Below are positions 15,624 to 28,728 of a stretch of DNA of 64,000 nt, piece by piece. The stretch is from the human T2T-CHM13v2.0 reference genome, Homo sapiens. Position 1 is the stretch's first letter. Every line of letters starts with the position of its first letter. The translations under genes and the position numbers were made by a program. The stretch lies in the NCBI RefSeq assembly GCF_009914755.1, contig NC_060933.1. One strand, written 5' to 3'. The notes under the pieces were generated by a model. The model did no database searches. It was not told the origin of the DNA and saw only the letters and a program-made list of their open reading frames with translations.

Positions 15624-16292
15624 AAGGCAGATTTTTATAATAAAACCAAATAAAACTTCTATAAATAAAAATACGTAGTATTACATTTTAAAACAGTCAG
15701 GTAAACAGCAAATTAAAAACAGCCAACAAGAAAATTAGTGAAATAGAAGATAGATCTGAAGACATTACTCGGGAAATAGCACAAAAATAAAAAGATAAAA
15801 CGTACAAAAGAGAAGTTTAGACATAGAGGATATAGTATGAAGGTCTAATAAGTGTTTAAGTGAAAACCCAGAAAGATAAAATAGAGAAAACTGGAGAGAG
15901 ATAATATTCAAAGAGATAGTAGCTGAGAAGTTTCCTTAATTGATGAATAGCTACAATCCTTATGTTTATGTAGCTCAAGGAACTTTAAGCTGGATTAAAA
16001 TGAAATTTCATCTGAAAACATCCTAGTGAAACTGAAAATAACCAAAGACAAAGAGCTGATCTTGAAAGCAATCAGAAAAAGAAAAAGCAGCCCGAGAGGA
16101 AAGAAAGGTTATCTGTAGAGGTGTGTTCACTTATATAACTTCTCAATAGCAACAGTGGAAGCCAGAAGAAAAAGTAATAATATTCCTCAATATACTGAAG
16201 AAAAAATAATTAACAACACACAATTAAATATAGAATTAAATATCTATTACAAGTACCTGTTGAGAATGAAGCCAAAATAAAGATATTTTTAG

Positions 16293-16677
<385 letters not shown>

Positions 16678-18273
16678 TTAATGCCTAAGGACTATATTTC
16701 AGGAAGGAAAAAATGAGCCGAGAAGGAGTACCCAAGATACAAAAAGGAACAATGAATAAATAATACAGTGTACTTTTGGGTAAATATAGATAAACACAGA
16801 CTACATAAACAAATTAAAAATCTATCCTATGGGTATATAAGATCGATACAGCAATAAAATCCTCAAATACATAGCATATAAATCAGAAGGCATGTGACCA
16901 ATGTTTAAATGCTCTAAGTTTCATTTATTTTCAAAGGAAGGTAAAAATATTGATTAGCCTCTACTTTTTAAAGTTAATAAGTATGCATGTTGATCATTTC
17001 TAATATACTGCTAACAGAATTAACATATAAAGTATGATTTTCAAGTGAGAAGAGGAAAAAAGTGAAATGAGGAGGGGAAAAGCAACACTATCAAGTCAAA
17101 AGGAGGCAGAACAAGCGGGAAAAGTTAAAAAGTTAAAGAAAATACAAAACTAAGTGGTAAAAATTAATCCAAATGCAATATTAAGAAAATGAATATTAGT
17201 TGAGTAAAATTTATAGTTAAAAGTCAAAAAGTGTCAGACTGGTTTGAAAACATCAACAAATAAACATCAGTGCTACAAATTCAGATATGGATTTGTGGAG
17301 TTATAAGTTCAAATAAAAGGTTATAGAAGGTTGAAAGTAAATGGATGGAAAAAATTATACCAGACGATACAAACTCAAGAAAACTGTTATAGCCAGATTA
17401 ATACTAGACAAAAATCTATTTTAAGGCAAAAGACATTCTGGAGATCATTACAAGATGTCTAATTTAAAAACTTCAACATTTGACTAAATTGCAGAAATGG
17501 ACAAATCATCCATCATAGTGGGAGATTTTCAGACTATTTCCTTAGCCATTTATAGACAAGGCAGACAAAGAATCAGTAAATGTATAGATTAAGCAGCTCT
17601 AATGGACATATATGGAATACTTCCCACAACCAGTGGAGTACATTCAGAGGGTTTATGAAAACTGACCTGGGTGTGAGGCATAAGGTAATTCCCAATAAAA
17701 ATTATGAATGAGTGTCATATGGACCACATTATAGAAACAGAATGGAGTTAAGCTAAAAATCTATAACAAAAAGTAACTTTAGGACACACTGTGGGCCTAG
17801 ATATTTAAAAATACACCTCAAACTTCCCTGAATCAAAGAAGAAAGCAATACAAGAATTAGAAAATTGTGTAAAACTAACATTTAATAAAACTGCTGTTTA
17901 TGGAAATCTGTGGACAGTTGCTGTTCAATTCTAGCTGGTGATGTGGGGGCTAAAAAATGTCAGAACTTCTGTTTTTTTTCCCAAAGAAATTCAGGAATCT
18001 GAGATTTTTATTGAAAAAATTTCTGGTGTTTATGACATTGTGTGTGTCTCCTCACCTCCCCCCAAAATATTGGCGTGCCTGTATCCATTTGGTTTGACAT
18101 TTCTAATGTGAGAAATAGGAAATCATTGAAGTTTTAATGAACTGAAGAATGACATGATCAAATTAGTTTGATTGGAAATACTCAGGTGCCAGTAATATTG
18201 TATATATTGTTATTATTTCATATCTTATATATCTTCGTTATATAAGATATACAAAATACTATACATATATATA

Positions 18274-18434
18274 TTTTTTTTTATTTTTGAGGCAGAGTCT
18301 CGCTCTCTTGCCCAGGTTGGAGTGCAGTGGCATGATCTCAGCTCAATGCAACCTCCACCTCTTAGGTTCAAGTGGTTCTCGTGCCTCAGCCACCTGAGTA
18401 GCTGGGACTACAGGCACATGTCACCATGACTGTC
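18274..18434 (-). mobile_element. Alu right-arm monomer (truncated Alu or FRAM)
   Basis: Antisense right arm only, flanked by CTATACATATAT direct repeats. Confidence 0.88.
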
Positions 18435-18994
18435 CTATACATATATTTTTAAATAGAAATAAATCTGGCTCAGTCTTTCACTGCCAAAGTATATACAGCA
18501 TTTATCAGTTGATTTTGAAGTTTCCCAACATTAATCACCTTCTTTTAGGTTGCACACAATCCCTGCAGTCTTTATAAGCCCAGGAAAATGTAAAAGGTCC
18601 CCAGTCCTAAGCCTGGTGACAGCTGCGGCCATTGCTTCTTTGCATTGATCTGTGTGGCACAGTGTAAGCACCTAATAAATATTAGTTGTTGTTATTCTTG
18701 TGCCCAAGAAGTAAAATAGATTTAATAATACCAGCATCATAGTGCTGTTCTGAGGATCATCCAATACTTCGGGCAGAGACAGTGAACAGAGGCTACCACC
18801 CTTTTTCAGTCTGTTGAATAAATGAAACTAGAAGTCAAGGGAATGGCCTGCTTAGTGGAAGGCCTGGCCTTGGAAGGCTGTTGCAGTATAAGTATCCCAG
18901 ATCTACGGTAGAGGAAAGGGAGACGGAAAGGAGCTGAGTAAAGGAAGAGAGATAGGGTAAGCTTCTTGATCCTTCCTGTCACTGAAGTTTTAGG

Positions 18995-19232
18995 TTATAA
19001 TGTCACTTCAGAGAGGACGTCCCTGATCACCCAGTTTCTTCCATGGCATGGCCTTTTCTAATGATGTGGAAAGGAAGTGTTACAACCTGACATCTTCTTG
19101 TTTATTTGTTTGCTATTGTTCACTCTGCTAGAATAAAAGATAAATTTCTGTCTTGTTCACTACGGAGTCTCTAGAACCTAGAGCACACACTACACACAGT
19201 AGGCAGTCCATAAATATTAGTTGGCTGAGCAA
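18995..19232 (+). mobile_element. L2 3' end
   Basis: AATGTCACTTCAGAGAGG..TGTCTTGTTCACT..AGAACCTAG..CACACAGTAGGCAGTCCATAAATATTAGTTG. Confidence 0.7.
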
Positions 19233-21284
19233 GTATATACTTTATAAATTTGCCTGACTTTACTTTTATTTTTGAACATTAGGAAGAGCCTACTGAGGTC
19301 TGGATTCTGGCAAGATAGGAATTATTAGTAAAGATGACTCAGCGATTGCATTTACATCCTCTGTCTTTTCTCCAAATTCATTCAGGCCTTCAGGACCTGG
19401 ACTTCCTTTGGAAAGTCCAAACTTCCTTTGGAAAAAAGACTAAGAGGAATTCTTCCTGAAGTTCCTTGTCTGACTGTGGCCACTGTCTCCCTGGAGAACT
19501 GCACTTATTTCAGAAAGAAGAGAGACTTCTAGATAAAGCGAGGTGATGCTGGCTTCAAACCAAATTAAAAAAAAAAGCTGGAGATATGCAAGTTGCTAAA
19601 CCAGCCCTTCCCTCAGGCTCAAATCAGAGGATAATTGGTAACAACCACCTTTCTCTCATTTGGTTTTGCAGCTCAAACAAAACTGTCACCCTCGCCAAAA
19701 CCCCTGAAATACAGAAATGTGGTATTAAAACAGTTATGACTGGAAAAGAGGTTCAATGGCCTCATTTCATGATGAAATTACCTATTGCTCTTATTATGAA
19801 TAGTGAATTCTACTGTTTATATAAGTTTTGATTTAATGTACACCTGACATTTCAAAGTGCTCTTTCCTTTACATTTCACTTTATACTTGTGACATTCTTA
19901 GATATGTTATATCCCATTTTAGAGGGTATAAAAACTGTGACTCAAAATGATTACAAGCTTTTCCCAGGATCACTTAATTACTTATCAGAAGACCAGGATT
20001 CTAGTCTTGGCTTTGCTGCTGTGTAATGTCCTGTGCTTCTGTCTGTCTGTGCTACCCGTCTCAAAGCTAACTCTTTCTTAAGAAACTGAAAACGTCTTTA
20101 AATTATATCAAATAAGATACAGATTTAGAAAATGAGAGGAAATACTCTAGGATTCCTTGTTGAAGAAAGTCTACATGTTATGATTATCCAGGTTTGTGCT
20201 GATTATTTTTGACAACATTACATGCAGTAATTTAAAAATTATATTTTATACAAGACATTATAGATAATAGTTTTAAGGAGATAATGATGATACTCTGTAA
20301 TTACACTGTGCTTTTTTATCTTTCCAAAGAACATTAAAATCTATTATTTCATTTTATCCTTACAAATGATACCTTAAATTATCATAATATTGTATTTTTT
20401 TAGCAGGTTATAGAATCAGGTATCTCTAAATAATGTTTGCAAACTATAACAGAAGGCCCATGCAATTGCTTAGGGTGAAAAGGAAGTTGAGTTGCCTTTA
20501 AAAATACCTGGCAGTAAATTAAAAGTGGAGAAAGAAAAATCCTCCCCATTTAAAAACTTATCTATCTAATTCCCTTGGGATTTCAGGCTCTGTTCACGAT
20601 AGTGACTGTTTTGGCATCAACTAAAACTGCAAGTTGTATTCATTATAGTCAAGAGTGAAATGGCAGTGAGCTTTGGCTTTCACTGGTTGCTGGGATTAAG
20701 AACATGCTAGTAATTAGCTATAACTCATTTGCCTCAGCAATTATCCACAATTACTCATAATCTCATGGGTAATGGAACACACAATGCAGTTGGCTCATGC
20801 TGCCTTTTGGGTACTGACCTCTTGGGTGAGAGGTCATCCCAGGCATGAGAAGGGGTGGGCTTTCAGCAGAGTCAGTGGGTCTGCAGACAACATGTGAAAA
20901 TAATTTACTAGAGACACCACAGAAACATTGTGTACACAGGGAAATATTGTCAATTTTTTTTAGAAGTGGAAGAACAGAAATAATTTTTGACTTGTTTTTT
21001 GTTTGAAAAGAATGCCCTGGAAAACAATATGGTGGACTGTCCTTGGAGTGTGCAACACAACTAGGTCTTGTGTAGAAACCATGTATCTCTTCTAGGTAGA
21101 AAACTATACGGGAGAAGGGAGTGGATTGTGGAGCACAATACCTGGGCCAAGCAATCCTTGGGATGGAAGCTTGTAGAGCCTTAGCCCACAGCCCTTTCAG
21201 GAGCAAACATACATGTAAGCATCATGTTACTTTATTCTTTGCAGAACCCCAAAGGGAGCTTACAAAGGAAACTCTCGTTCCTTC

Positions 21285-21920
21285 TATATTCATTAACTGG
21301 GATTCTTCTGTAAGCAAGAGCTGTCCCTTCCTCCCCCATTTATTTGTTGATTCAATTATTCGTTAATATCAATATACAATCCTAGACAATTATTTTATTC
21401 TATGGGCTATGATCCAGTACTACAATTAATACTTTCTTTGCTCCAGTTATGGCAGCTTGCCCGTGGGGATCTCCTCCAAGTTGTGTCTTTGTCTTTTGGC
21501 ATGTCCCATCCTTTCTTGAACATTTTCTTATTTCCTGGCAGCACAAGATCTTTCAAGCTCATCTTTTAATTTTCCTGTCCCAGCCTTGGAATCAACCTCT
21601 TTTCCAAGGAACCTTGTTTCTTTCGTTGGAAAATGGTATATAGGAACCAAGATCCAGACACTAGGGCTGCTCAAATTGCTATGGGATTGTCATTGCTCCG
21701 AGGCTGTCTCACAGCTAGGAAACATGTACACACAAATACACTTATATTTCTATATCTACCTATCTGCATATATATGAATTCATATTGAGTGCAGGAGTTC
21801 ATACTGATACCTCCCAATTCAGCATGCATGTTCATTCTAGCCTGTCCTTTTGTTTATCTGTAACTTCTTTCTCCAATGATGAGAAGTCTGGCTCTTGTTA
21901 TCTACAATATATTTACTTAC
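21285..21920 (-). mobile_element. L1MC4/5-type 3' region
   Basis: CCCATTTATTTGTTGATTCAATT..TTTCCAAGGAACCTTG..GGAAAATGGTAT..ACCAAGATC. Confidence 0.75.
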
Positions 21921-22004
21921 CAAAGAATGAAATAAATTGTTGTAGGTTTATGCTATATATATAACACGCAGGAAACCTTTGTAACAAAAACTATACTACT
22001 ACTA

Positions 22005-22071
22005 TACTCTCTATATTCACACTACTCTCTATATTGCAATATATATATTCACACTACTCTCTATATTGCAA
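22005..22071. repeat. Short tandem duplication (32-bp period)
   Basis: TATATTCACACTACTCTCTATATTGCAA at 22012-22039 and 22044-22071. Confidence 0.9.
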
Positions 22072-22985
22072 GATTTCTCAGCTCTGTTTTCTACATATAT
22101 TTCACATACAACCAGCCTACAATTTTTCATCTTTCCCACTGATTCTCCCACTTGGCAGCCTCATGCCTTTCTGCACATTGAAGGCTGTGGTATAGTCTGT
22201 GGTACTGGCCATGACACAACTGTCTGGTATACCAAGTTGCTAGTAGGGGTGTTACTAACTGAAGACTGGAAGAAGCAACATCCCTTGCTACAGTTTTATC
22301 AGTGAATGCCCTACATGCTGCCCTGAACAAGGAAATACTAGTCACCTTGTGTCTGAAAAGGGTCAGGTATGGCGGGGGGAGGCTATCATATGGTCATCTC
22401 TCAGATTTAACCACATGTTTATGGGAGAACTCTGTTTTCCTTCCATGAGTTTCCTAAGGTACCAGACAAACCCACAGCATAACCTGGAAGTCTAGAGTGG
22501 AAGTCTACCAGACCTCTCTTGGTGAATTACCACAAATGTTGGCTAAATGTACTTCTTTAAAAACATCGCAGACAGCAGGCATGTTTGGGTGCTCCCAAGG
22601 TAAGCCAGTCTGGTGAACTAGCTATAAGATGACTTACTCTCTATGTAAAAGGTCTATGATACCTTTTTCTCCAAATCCTCATCTCATTTGAAACACGGAG
22701 AAGCCAGAGTCAGCAGAGGGAGGGAAGGAGGAGAAGAGAAAGAGCCAGATTAAAAAAAAAAAATCACAGAGAGGCTCATCACACCCCATCCACTCCTGCA
22801 GGTTTCCAAGCTGGTTCTTGCCCAAGCAAGGCCAGGTGAGAAATTTTAAATTAGATAACAGCTTGGCACTTTACTATGGAATCTTCCCGGTATTTCATCT
22901 AGGGCAGAGAAGAATGATTTGGCAAAATTTGGTTGAAAGTGTTTTGCAAATGAGAATGAGTTATATGTAGGAGGACATTTCTCCA

Positions 22986-22987
<2 letters not shown>

Positions 22988-23019
<32 letters not shown>
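22988..23019. repeat. (GT)n microsatellite
   Basis: About 16 perfect GT units. Confidence 0.97.
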
Positions 23020-23021
<2 letters not shown>

Positions 23022-23196
23022 TTTCTTCTGAAATTGGGATGCATCTTAACACCAGTGAGTACGTTTATGGAGGTAATTTTCTTCCTTTCCCTCCCTCCTT
23101 CCATTTTTCTTTTTTTCTTCTTATTTTTTCTGAATAGTTGTTATTGAAACCATATTGTATCTTACAATCAGAGCTGAGGAATTACTGCAAGTTCTA

Positions 23197-23417
23197 TTTT
23201 TTAAAAATTTGTATACGTTTATGGGGTACAAAGCACAGTTTTGTAACAGCATAGTGGCCAAGTCAGGGCTTTTAGGGTATCCATCACCTGAATGATGTAC
23301 ATTATACCTGCTTAGTAATTTCTCATTATCTATCCTGCTCCCACCCTTCACCCTACCTGTCCTATCATTCCACTCTCTGTGTCCATGTCCACCCATTTTT
23401 ATCACCCACTTATGAGT
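23197..23417 (-). mobile_element. 5'-truncated L1PB-type 3' end
   Basis: Reverse complement reads ..GGTGATGGATACCCTAAAAGCCCTGACTTGGCCACTATGC..GTACCCCATAAACGTATACAAAT; flanked by AAGTTCTATT. Confidence 0.85.
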
Positions 23418-23429
23418 AAGTTCTATTGT

Positions 23430-23467
23430 TACTACACTTGTTCTTAGCCAAAAGGCCAAGAAACGAT
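23430..23467 (-). pseudogene. 3'-truncated U2 snRNA retropseudogene (U2 nt 1-38)
   Basis: Minus strand ATCGTTTCTTGGCCTTTTGGCTAAGAACAAGTGTAGTA matches U2 ATCGCTTCTCGGCCTTTTGGCTAAGATCAAGTGTAGTA at 35/38; 13-bp TSD AAGTTCTATTGTT. Confidence 0.93.
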
Positions 23468-23852
23468 AAAAGTTCTATTGTTTAATGCAATATTGCTAGT
23501 GTGAGTTTTTCAGTGGAAGAATGCTTCTTAAGCATAAAACTGTTCCTTAATTTGTATTATGTTATCAAGCTCACAATCTCACAACAAGAAATGGACAGCT
23601 AACTTTCCCCACCGTTAGCTATCTTTGGACTTACTTCAAGACAGATTTAATCTTTTAGGCAGAACACTTCGTCTGTAGTGAGTATATTTTCCTTTCTCAG
23701 GATGGTTTCAGAAAGGGAAAAGAAAAAGAAGTTTATTTCTGTAGGAAAAATTGGAACCAAACTGACAATCTGTCTATTAACTTTGGCTATTTTGGTTTTT
23801 CTTTTTAATTGTACAGTAAATGGCAGAACCAGATTTAAGTTTCTCAGAATCT

Positions 23853-23899
23853 AACAACAACAACAACAACAAGAACAACAATAACCACAACACAACAAA
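23853..23899. repeat. (CAA)n imperfect microsatellite
   Basis: AACAACAACAACAACAACAAGAACAACAATAACCACAACACAAC. Confidence 0.9.
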
Positions 23900-24559
23900 A
23901 TGTCCTCATTTTTGACGAGCTATGTAGAAGTTTCTACTTTATGTGATTTAAAAGGGGAGAGCTGGAGAATCCTGAAAAGATGGAGCTTCTAATGGAAAGG
24001 CTGACAGACCCTTAACGACGAGCCTGTTGCCAGGCGCCACCGTAATAAATGGTGGCCAGCTTCCAGGAGGGCTCACAGCTGCATGTCTGAACTTTATCCA
24101 GCTAGAGTTTGCAGGCTCTGGCCAGCTTGTAATTCATTCTTGGCTGACACATTCCAGTTCATAATTAGTGTAGTGCTAATATGATCCTCATTTTTTAATT
24201 CTTTCCTGTAAAACTGGACTGTTTCAAAAGACAAAGATGTACTTCACTTGGCCATCAGGAAATCCACACGGTTGGATTCTCCAGGCGCTCACGTGTGGCT
24301 GGAATCTATAGAAAAGGGAAGTAGGTTCAGCTTTCTTCTGTTTCCCTGTGAAGCAGCCTATAGATCCCCAGATTTTATTTCCGCATATGTTGTCAGTCTC
24401 TCCCCTCATAAAATCTTGTTTTCTTTTGGCCTCCTAATGCATAGAAAATGGATCACCACTCTCCCTTGATCTCACTCCTCATGGACAAGTGTATATAGAT
24501 GCAGCCTGTCAAATGGAATGAACAGTATGTGCACAGATCATACATTTCCATAATGGATC

Positions 24560-25106
24560 TGCAACTTGCATGTTTCACATTTGTTATGATTTCCTGAAGT
24601 TGCTCTGATGGATTTGTAGTGTGGGCACTTGGCCGAGGTGAAACTACATTTCCCAGAATTCTCTACCTGCATGGTTCCAGGTTGGCTTGCACCACAAGAA
24701 GTGAGAGGTAGAAGTGACATTCGGGGGTGCAGAAGCACCTTGTTGGTAGCTTCTCCAATTCCTGGGCCAAGTGTAGATTTTGTTCTGTGATGAGAAAGGT
24801 GCCAGAATCACATCCTTTAATGGGATGTTTGGAGAAACCAATATGGATTTCAGTCCATCCTCATGGGTTCAAGCTCATTGCCATGGGATCCACTTTTGTC
24901 CCACTCTCCCCCACTTCAATTCCGTCTTTCTTTCCCAGCTGCCTGCCCTGCTGACTTTAGAGCCAACACAGACACAACAGCCTTACAGCCTTACACAGAC
25001 TGTTTAATCATCACCTATCATTGTGTAAGGTCAAATTCTCATAACAAATCCCTTATTTTATATCACTGTAGTGATTCTTCTCCTCTAATCTCACTCTGCC
25101 TGATAC
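24560..25106 (+). mobile_element. Old ERVL-type solo LTR (subfamily uncertain)
   Basis: AAACTACATTTCCCAGAATTC motif; ends ATAACAAATCCCTT..CTGATACA; 5' boundary approximate. Confidence 0.6.
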
Positions 25107-25349
25107 AGTTACATAACCCTTCACAATCTTGCCCTAGAACAGTGCCCAGGAAGTACGCAATCAATTTTTGTTACTGAGGCAGAACGGGTATCTTTATTGT
25201 CCTTTTATAGCTGAGAAAACTGTGGACAAAGGGATTCAGTGACTTGACCCAGCCAGTAAATACCAGAGATAGGATTTGAATCAGACCTTCTGAGACCATA
25301 CCCAGTATACCTGAGTGGGTACCATATGTAAACTGAAATCAAAAGAAGT

Positions 25350-26000
25350 AACATGTGAAGAGGTACTCAACATTCCCAGTAATCAGGATCACACAAATAT
25401 GAGATGCCATTTTTTTTTTACCCATCTGGCTGCAAAAGTTTGTAATGGTAGATATGAGAAAGAATCTTCTCATGAGAAGAGGAAATACTTATGAACTGCT
25501 GGCATTAACTGGGGTAGTCACTTGCGACAATTTGGTATTTGCTAAAATTTAAAGAATTCATATCCATGACCCAGCAAGTTCATTATGCATGATTTACTTC
25601 AGCATACACTTCCATGTGTGCGCAAGGAGGCATTTTTAAAGATGCTCAGTAGAATAAAATGATGCACATTAGCCTGATGAAAAGGTGATGATGCATTCAT
25701 ACTCCAGAACAAGGTAGTCCTGTCTACACTCAGGTGGAAACCACTTCATGAGTATTGTAACATAAACAAGAAGCAAATTACAGAATTATATGTTTAAGGA
25801 GTACAATTCGTGTGAAAACACACAAATTAAACAGGGCTTTATGTTTTCCGTGACCAAATATATGTAAGTAAGAGTATTTTTTAAAAAGTTGGCAAGCTAA
25901 TGATGATTAGAAGAGAGAGGGAGGAAGCTGTGATAGGGAGTGATAAAGCTGGATTTAATTTATTATGTTTTTTCTTTTATAAAGAAAATGCATTTATTAC
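25350..26000 (+). mobile_element. L1ME 3' fragment
   Basis: ACATGTGAAGAGGTACTCAAC..ATGAGATGCCATTTT..TATCCATGACCCAGCAAGTTCA. Confidence 0.6.
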
Positions 26001-26701
26001 CTATGTAATTAATTTTTTGGCTCCAAAAATAAAGGTAACATGTATGAAAGATGAGTTATAGGCCTCACTGAGTACTAAAAGAGGAATGGTATGTTTGAAT
26101 TAATTTCATTAACACTTTCATTTTATAGAGAAGGAAATTGGTACCCAGAGGCAGGAAATGATTGGCTGAAGGCAGAATCCAGTAAAAATTTGAAATCAGG
26201 AGTGTCTCAGAAAAGTTGTTGACAGAGTTTCTGAAATAATCTCTGAAAATACTTTGATGAAATCAGAGTGTATTTCAGAGCACCATTGTGGGGACCCCCT
26301 GAATAAACATGATCCAGTTTCAGGGGCTGTGATTTAGCCAGTTGGCAATGTTGCCCAGGGACCCTGTTAAGATCACACAACACCTTACTATCATCTTTGA
26401 TTCTTATAGTCTATTGCTAATTCTATATGTTTTTCTAACATCTTCAACCTTTGTTGCCTCAGTAAATTCATTTTCTCTGTAGCAAGTTCAAAAATACTTT
26501 GACCTTTGTCCTTCCTCAAGGTGGGCCATTTTTGCAATATTTACCTAAAGGACAGAAAACTCAGAGGCAGTTCCCTACAAAGCCGTTCTTTAAACCAACA
26601 GAAATATGTTGGTGGTAAATTTTTGGTGGTAAATTCTGAGTTTATTTTTCTGATGACCCAGGATAGAGGGAACTGGGTTCTGCTTCTACGAATATACAGT
26701 A

Positions 26702-27913
26702 CAATCGTGCTGCATAACAACGTTTTGGTTGATGACAAACCACATATACCATAGTGGTCCCATAAGATAAAGGAGCTGAAAAATTCATCTTGCCTAGTGA
26801 CGTCGTAGCTGTCAAAACGTAGACAATGCATGACTCATATGTTTGTAGTTATGCTGGTATAAAGAAACCTACTGCACTGCCAGTCATATAAAAGTATAGC
26901 ATATACAATTATGAATAGTGTATAATATTTAATAATGACAATAAGTAACTCTGTTACTGTTTTTTTACTATACTTTTTAGCATTTTAGAGTGTACCCCTT
27001 CTACTTAGACACACACACACACACAAGTACACACACATATGTATATGTATGTAAAGTTAACTGTAAAACAGTCTTAGGCTGATTCTTCAGAAGGTATCCA
27101 GAAGAAGGCATGGCTACCATGGGAGATGATGGCTCCTTGAAAATCTTTCGAAGGACAAGATGAGGAAGTGAAAGAGAGTGATATTGATGATCCTGATGCT
27201 GTGTAGCCTTGGCTATTGTGTGTGCATATGTCTTAGTTTGTAACAAAAAATTTAATAAGAAAAAACATTTTTAAATAGAAAAACACATAGAATAAGGACA
27301 TAAGGAGAGAAAATATTTCTGTGTAGCTATACAATGTGTAAGAATTTTAAGCTAAGTTGTTACTATAAGAGTCAAAAAGTTAAAAAAATTAAAAAGTTTA
27401 TAAAGTAAAAACGCTATAGTAAGCTAAGGTTAATTTATTATTGAATAAAGAAAAATATATATATTTTTATAAATCTAGTGTCACTTAAGTGTCCAGTGTT
27501 GATAAAGCCTACAGTAGTGTACAGTCATGCCCTAGGACTTCACATTCACTCACCACTCACTCACCGACTCACCCAGAGCAACTTCCAGTCCTGCAAGCTC
27601 CATGTATAGTAAGTGCCCCATACAGGTGTACCATGTTTTATCTTTTATATCATATTTTAATTGTACCTTCTCTATGTTTAGATTTGTTTAGAGACACAAA
27701 TATGATGTGTTACAATTGCATATGGTATTCAGTATGGTAACAGGCTGTTCCGACTTACAGCCTAGGTGCAATAGACTACACCATACAGCCTGGGTGTGTA
27801 GTAGGCAATACAATTTAGGTTTGTATAAGTATACTCTAAGATGTTTGCACAACAACAAAAATGCCTAATGCATCTCTCGGAAAGTACTCCTATTGCTTAG
27901 CGAGACATAACTG
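26702..27913 (-). mobile_element. Tigger3b (~1.2 kb non-autonomous TcMar-Tigger)
   Basis: Both degenerate TIRs present with TA flanks (TA|CAATCGTGC ... CATAACTG|TA); internal CACTCACTCACCGACTCACCCAGAGCAACTTCCAGTCCTGCAAGCTCC. Confidence 0.9.
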
Positions 27914-28457
27914 TAGCTGCACTTGACCTTCTCAAGGTTGGGAAAAAACCAACCATAAAGCAGCCTGACAGATAGAAGTCTCTTTGGCGGATAGCCTAAC
28001 TGCAGTCTGTTTGTAGAGTTCTGCTTGATGAATAGAATTGACGAGTGCCCTGACTTGTACCCATCATTGAAGTCCTATATGTGTCATCCCCAGCTCTAAA
28101 GATCTTCTCTGAATCGCTGACCCTCACTCTCTACCTTAGGTGCTCTCCCTTCAGATCACCTGGGCTCACCCAATTTGTGTTGGAAGAATCTACTCTGTGT
28201 TTTTCTCTTTCACAGTATTGTGAGCAGAGGGAGAGCTGCTGGGTGCTTGTGGGGATGAAGCTCAGAGGCAGGGGACCTCCCTGTGACTTCCTTCCCTCTG
28301 GGCCTCAGGCTCTATCATTGCCTTTACCAGAACATCTTTTTCATCATAGTAACAGCAACCACCACACAGTATGGTACCTGAACAAAATTGCTGAAAAGAT
28401 GCAACTTATGGAGATGTTACTCAGCCAGAACAATGTCTTTCCTTGTTGCCGCCTTAC

Positions 28458-28728
28458 CTTTCTTAGCTCTGTGTCCGCCAACCTCCTTTGCCTCTCGGAC
28501 AGCAAGCTCTTTCCAGGGCCACCGTTTCCTCCTCTGCTATTCTTTTCTCACGGAGAGTGGAAGCTCTCATGGTGCTTCCAGAAGCAATTCTGTTCCTCTC
28601 CTTTGGGGCTGAGCTCTTCTCTTCAATCCTGGTTCCATGATGCAGAAGAGGCACTCGAGCAATCACAACTGCCTACAGCTCTCACAAAATGTTTTATTCC
28701 ATTAAATGTGTTCACAAGGTTCACCTTT
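28458..28728 (-). other. Candidate non-coding exon (271 nt)
   Basis: Minus strand acceptor GTGTTTCTTTTTTGCTTGTAG| and donor AAG|GTAAGG in non-repeat sequence; motif evidence only. Confidence 0.3.
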
